The position numbers and the translations under genes were made by a program. The notes beneath the pieces were generated by a model. The model did no database searches. It worked only from the letters and a program-made list of their open reading frames with translations, and was not told the DNA's origin. From an uncultured Spirochaetota bacterium (GTDB taxonomy: Bacteria; Spirochaetota; Spirochaetia; SZUA-6; CAVTHK01), in contig CAVTHK010000001.1 of NCBI GenBank assembly GCA_963734495.1, forward strand, positions 544,001 to 608,000: a stretch of 64,000 nucleotides of DNA, read 5' to 3'. Every line of letters begins with the position of its first letter. The stretch's first letter is position 1. Below, piece by piece: positions 59,984-64,000 of the stretch.

Positions 59984-61688
59984 ATGAAACGGATCATCAC
60001 GTTCGCAGTTCTGGCGCTTGCGTTCGCCGCAGTCAGCGGCGCTCTCGACTGGAGCGATCCCAGGGACGGGATCTACGCCCAGCTCGACCTGTGGGCCGAG
60101 CGCGGGTACGTGAGACGGCTCCCGCTGCTGCGCCCTTACCCGCAGCAGCTCGTGGTCTCGCTGCTGCGCGAGGTCGCCCGCAACGCCGACCCCGCAAGCG
60201 CCCGCGAGGCCGAGGCCCTGCTCGCCACGGTGGACGTGAACGCGAGGATCGGCGCCGAGGCCTTCAGCGACACGACCGCCACGCAGGACGTGTTCTACAG
60301 CGTCAACGGCGCCTACCTGGAGACCGCGGGCAGGCTCACCGACCTGATCACGCTCGCGGGCAAGGCCGGCGGGTTCGTCGTCGTGAACCCGGGGGACGAC
60401 CCCTTTATCCCGGGACAGCGGTTCCCCGTCGACTACGTCGTGGACTATGCCGCGGTCTCCGTGCGCGGCGTGACGCTGCTGCCGACCGGAAGCGCCAGCG
60501 GGACCGCCGCGTTCGGGACGGACAGCTGGTGGTTCCAGATCGGGCTCAACCGCCACAGCTTCGGGCCCTTCGACGAGGGGCCGGTCCTGAGCCCCCAGGC
60601 CGCGGAGGCGGGACACCTCTCGTTCACGTGGCGCGGCGGGCCTCTCACCTACACGGAGTTCCTGCTGCTGCTCGACGCGACCAGCGACCGCGGCGACGCC
60701 CTCGGCGAAGACGGCAAGATCACCGTCTACCCCAGGAAGTACCTCACCGGGCAGTCTTTCCAGTTCTCGCCCGTGGACTGGCTGGACCTCGGCCTCTTCG
60801 AGACCGTGGTCTACGGGGAGCGCTTCGAGCCGCTCTATCTCGTGCCCATCGTGCCGAGGACCTATCTGAGCGCCTACATGGGCTCGGTCGACAACCTGAT
60901 GCTGGGCCTTTCCGCGTCGGCGCGGCTGCCCGCGGACCTGGGCGTCGACTTCATGTTCTACGCCGACGACCTGCAGTTCCTCGACATGCTCAAGCTGGAC
61001 TTCAACACGAAGTACAAGGTCAGCGGCCAGGCGGGGGTCTCGTGGACGCCCCTGCAGGCGCTGCTCAAGCGCGTGTCACTCGACTACGCGCTCGTGACGC
61101 CCTACACCTACACGCACCGCCGCGTGAGCGTCGAGGGGCTCGAAGATACGGCCGGCCCCCGAGCCGCTGTACGCGAACGGGATCAACTACTACAACTACT
61201 CCCACATGGGAAGGTCGCTCGTGGCCCTCGACCCCAACTCCGACCGCCTGCGCCTGCGGGCGATGCTGACACCGATGGACCGCCTCGGTGTTACACTATC
61301 GGCCGTCTACCAGAGGCACGCCAACGCCACCGACGTCGCGGTCGCCGACAACTGGTGGGTCGGCACCACGGACGGCGGGATCAACGACAACGGGTACGAC
61401 AAGGTGAACGGGCACCGCTTCGACAAGGTCAGCTTTCTCTCGCAGGACGTCATCGAGCAGATCCTGCTGCTCGGCTTCGATGCTTCCTGGAGGATGCCGC
61501 TCGGCCGCGCTACGCTCTACGTCGAAGGGGGCTACACTCTGGAGGTGGCCAAGAACAAGGCGGACACAGATCCCGTGGCACAGGCGAGCGTCTTTACGGA
61601 CAGCCCCGTCATCAACGGCGCGGTCCCCATCGAGGGCAACGACGTCGTGCTCCACCACCTGAGCCTCGGGCTGCGGTATGCCTATTAG
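59984..61688 (+). CDS. Outer-membrane beta-barrel-like protein (Wzi-like), frameshift near 61155
   Basis: Signal peptide, LRPY, FETVVYG..FEPLY, DNLMLG, ADD, PYTYTH; one-base correction continues to NYSHMGRSL..DPNSD and terminal LRYAY. Confidence 0.6.
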
Positions 61689-62304
61689 CAGACGGGCCGC
61701 TGCCGTGCTCGCCGCGGCGGCCCTCGCCGCGCTCGCGGCGGCGGCCGACCCGGCTTCGCTCGGCGACCTCCTGGACGCGGCTCCCCCCGGCAGCGTGAGG
61801 CAGATGGACCGCGAGGAGCTCGACCGCCTGCTCGCCTACGGCGAGTCCAGCGGGCTCACCATCTTCGAGGTCTTCAACGAGGCGATCGTGGCCCTCGCGG
61901 CCGGCGGTCAGAAGGTCACCGTCAGCGGGGACCTGCTGCGGGACGCGACGCAGCGCTTCGACCTGGGCGGCGACCGGGTGGCTTCGCTCCTGCCGGTGGC
62001 CAAGGTCGCGCAGGTGTCCCTCGGCTCGAGCGGCACCGGCGCGCCGGGCGAGCTCGAGGTGCTCCTGCGGGAGGAGCACGCGCAGTACCTGGAGCTCGGC
62101 GACATCAGGCTTTCGACCCGCTACGGGTTCCGGGATGTCCGCCCGGGGCTCTTTGCCGACGGCTTCGGGGCGAGCGTCCGGCGCTTCGTGTTCTCCTTCA
62201 ACCTGGAAAGCATGGAGCTCTACGACCGCAACAAAGTCGCCATCCACGTCCGGAGCCTGGCCCAGCCCAAGCGCTGGCGGATCCCCCGGATCACGTCGAA
62301 GTAG
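61678..62304 (+). CDS. Hypothetical exported protein
   Basis: Signal-like N-terminus, GC3-rich frame, overlaps the upstream stop. Confidence 0.6.
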   Translation: MPISRRAAAVLAAAALAALAAAADPASLGDLLDAAPPGSVRQMDREELDRLLAYGESSGLTIFEVFNEAIVALAAGGQKVTVSGDLLRDATQRFDLGGDRVASLLPVAKVAQVSLGSSGTGAPGELEVLLREEHAQYLELGDIRLSTRYGFRDVRPGLFADGFGASVRRFVFSFNLESMELYDRNKVAIHVRSLAQPKRWRIPRITSK

Positions 62305-62324
62305 ATAAAAAGAGGTCCAGCAAA

Positions 62325-63821
62325 GTGAAAACCGTGTGGCGTTGTCTCCTCGCGGCCGCGTTTGCCGTGGCAGCCTTGCCCCGGGGCCTGGCCCAGGACG
62401 CGGCCGCCTTCGAGATCACCGGGATTCGCTACCACATCGAGGGCCACACCCGGGAGTGGGTCCTCGCGAAGTTCCTCAGGGACAACGACCTGTACGTCGG
62501 CCGCACGTTCGCCTCGCGCGACGAGCTCGACTCCGTCGTCGCCAACCGCACGCAGCTCCTCGTGAACCAGCGCATGCTCGCATCCGCGCGCATCGAGACG
62601 GCGGTGGAGCCGCGCCCCGGCCAGGCAGCCGCCGTGACCCTGGACGTGCACACGAAGGACAGCTGGAACCTGATCGGACTTCCCTACTTCAAGTACGACT
62701 CCAACTCGGGCCTGCTGCTCGCCCTCCGCGGAAGGGACTACAACTTCTTCGGCACCATGCAGACGCTGACGCTGAACCTCGACTACACCTACACCGAGGA
62801 CCAGACCAACGAGTGGGGGGCCAAGTCCTCGTTCACCCTCCCGTTCGAGATGCTCGGGCACGACTGGAGCTGGGACTTCTCGGGCGGCTTCACCTACGAC
62901 ATCGGGACCGATCCCATCGACTTCAGCCAGACGGTGAACTTCGGCCTGGACCTCGAGACGACCCTGGGGATCGAGATCCCCCTCTGGCCGGACAAGTGGA
63001 CGCTCGCCTACACGCAGGGCTATCACGTCATCCGCGAGGACCAAGAGCTCGTCTACGTAAACCCCGACGGCACCACGACTGTCGCCGACGACGAGTACTA
63101 CCACGAGAGCAAAGTGTCGTTCGGCTCGACCATCCGCACGGGCTGGTACCTGCCGGCCCTGGAGGAGGTCAAGTACGTGCCCTCGGTCTTCGTCGACGTC
63201 AAGTACAAGGCCCAGGGCGAGCTCTCGCCGAACTACCGCGGATTCCAGCCGGGCTTCTCCCACGCCCTCGTGGCCGAGAGGGTCGACTGGATCGGCAACT
63301 TCCGCAACGGCGCCTCGGCCTCGATCGCCAACTCCTTCCCGTACAGCCTCTCCACCGATCGCTGGATCGCGAGCCTCACGGCCGATCTCTCCGGCTACAA
63401 GGCGGCGAGCCCCTGGGGCTTCTCCGCCCGGGTCTCGGGCTTCTACACCCCGGAAAGCGTCAACACCACGAACGCGGCGGCCCCCATCCGGGGCGTCCTG
63501 GACGGTCGCATGGAGGGCAACCTCGGGCTTTACTGGAACTCCGACATCGCGCTCAAGGTGTTCACGATACCCAGGTTCGCCGAGGCCCAGGGGGGCTTCT
63601 TCTTCGACGCCGCCATGGTGACGGACACAAACCTCTCCTTCGACACCGAGAGCGACATCAAGTACGCGGTCGGCGTCGAGGGAGTCGGCTTCCCGCTGTT
63701 CGCGCGCGCCTTCTACCTGAGGATCTCCTTCGGCTTCGACATCACCGACTTCATCAAGACGTTCAGCACCGCCGATCTGCACAAGCCCGAGATCTTCATC
63801 GGATTGGGGCACCATTACTGA
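62325..63821 (+). CDS. Outer-membrane protein with N-terminal POTRA-like domain and beta-barrel (Omp85-like)
   Basis: Signal peptide, GHTRE, KDSWN, RDYNFFGTM, aromatic alternating strands, C-terminal IFIGLGHHY. Confidence 0.6.
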   Translation: MKTVWRCLLAAAFAVAALPRGLAQDAAAFEITGIRYHIEGHTREWVLAKFLRDNDLYVGRTFASRDELDSVVANRTQLLVNQRMLASARIETAVEPRPGQAAAVTLDVHTKDSWNLIGLPYFKYDSNSGLLLALRGRDYNFFGTMQTLTLNLDYTYTEDQTNEWGAKSSFTLPFEMLGHDWSWDFSGGFTYDIGTDPIDFSQTVNFGLDLETTLGIEIPLWPDKWTLAYTQGYHVIREDQELVYVNPDGTTTVADDEYYHESKVSFGSTIRTGWYLPALEEVKYVPSVFVDVKYKAQGELSPNYRGFQPGFSHALVAERVDWIGNFRNGASASIANSFPYSLSTDRWIASLTADLSGYKAASPWGFSARVSGFYTPESVNTTNAAAPIRGVLDGRMEGNLGLYWNSDIALKVFTIPRFAEAQGGFFFDAAMVTDTNLSFDTESDIKYAVGVEGVGFPLFARAFYLRISFGFDITDFIKTFSTADLHKPEIFIGLGHHY

Positions 63822-63852
63822 TGCGGCCCCCCGCGGCCGCCAGGCCACAGGC

Positions 63853-64000
63853 ATGAGCATCGCGTCGTTCGCGCGCACGCTCTTCCGCGACAAGGCAAGC
63901 GGCTCTCTCGTCCAGGCGTTCCGTTACGGGATCACCTCGGCGATCTCCCTGGCCTGCGACTTCGGCGGCCTGTGGCTGCTCACCGAGAAGGCGGGCATCC
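63853..64000 (+). CDS. GtrA family protein (3'-truncated by window edge)
   Basis: MSIASF...VQAFRYGITSAISLACDFGGLWLLTEKAG. Confidence 0.7.
   Translation, partial: MSIASFARTLFRDKASGSLVQAFRYGITSAISLACDFGGLWLLTEKAGI

Overview
A very GC-rich, gene-dense bacterial chromosomal segment of about 55 genes. The gene content suggests a free-living Spirochaetota (inference: archaeal-type PyrH, OppA lipoprotein, FecR-domain lipoprotein operon, MBL-cNMP phosphodiesterase, PilZ and HD-GYP proteins). In order: MATE pump, DUF212 phosphatase, ABC1/UbiB kinase, FabK-like reductase, TPP riboswitch with thiBPQ, GntR/LacI regulator with a NagB-PIG-L fusion, thyA with a DHFR-NUDIX fusion, a three-gene cyclic-nucleotide signalling cluster, fabH/fabDGF, an EndoQ-UvrD fusion, tRNA-Leu(CAA), pyrH, a Vut_1/YhhQ-like GGDEF protein, a plant-type glucuronokinase next to a sugar-1-P nucleotidyltransferase, a divergent PRPP synthetase, OppA, a ~15 kb surface-glycosylation cluster (two GT2 + GT-C sets, GtrA, FdtA/FdtB, RmlA, UDP-GlcA epimerase) and outer-membrane protein genes. 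No CRISPR array, integrase or transposase was seen. About nine genes carry indels, mostly one extra G/C, which look like long-read consensus errors. Best leads: (1) a eukaryote-like glucuronate salvage route that may feed uronic-acid surface glycosylation; (2) a cAMP/c-di-GMP crosstalk trio; (3) a queuosine-precursor-transporter-like sensor fused to a diguanylate cyclase; (4) an A_AAA_AAG slippery site joining a GT2 gene to GtrA; (5) helically phased CAARCC repeats upstream of two promoters with the same -35 box. All family assignments come from motif recognition by eye, not database searches.
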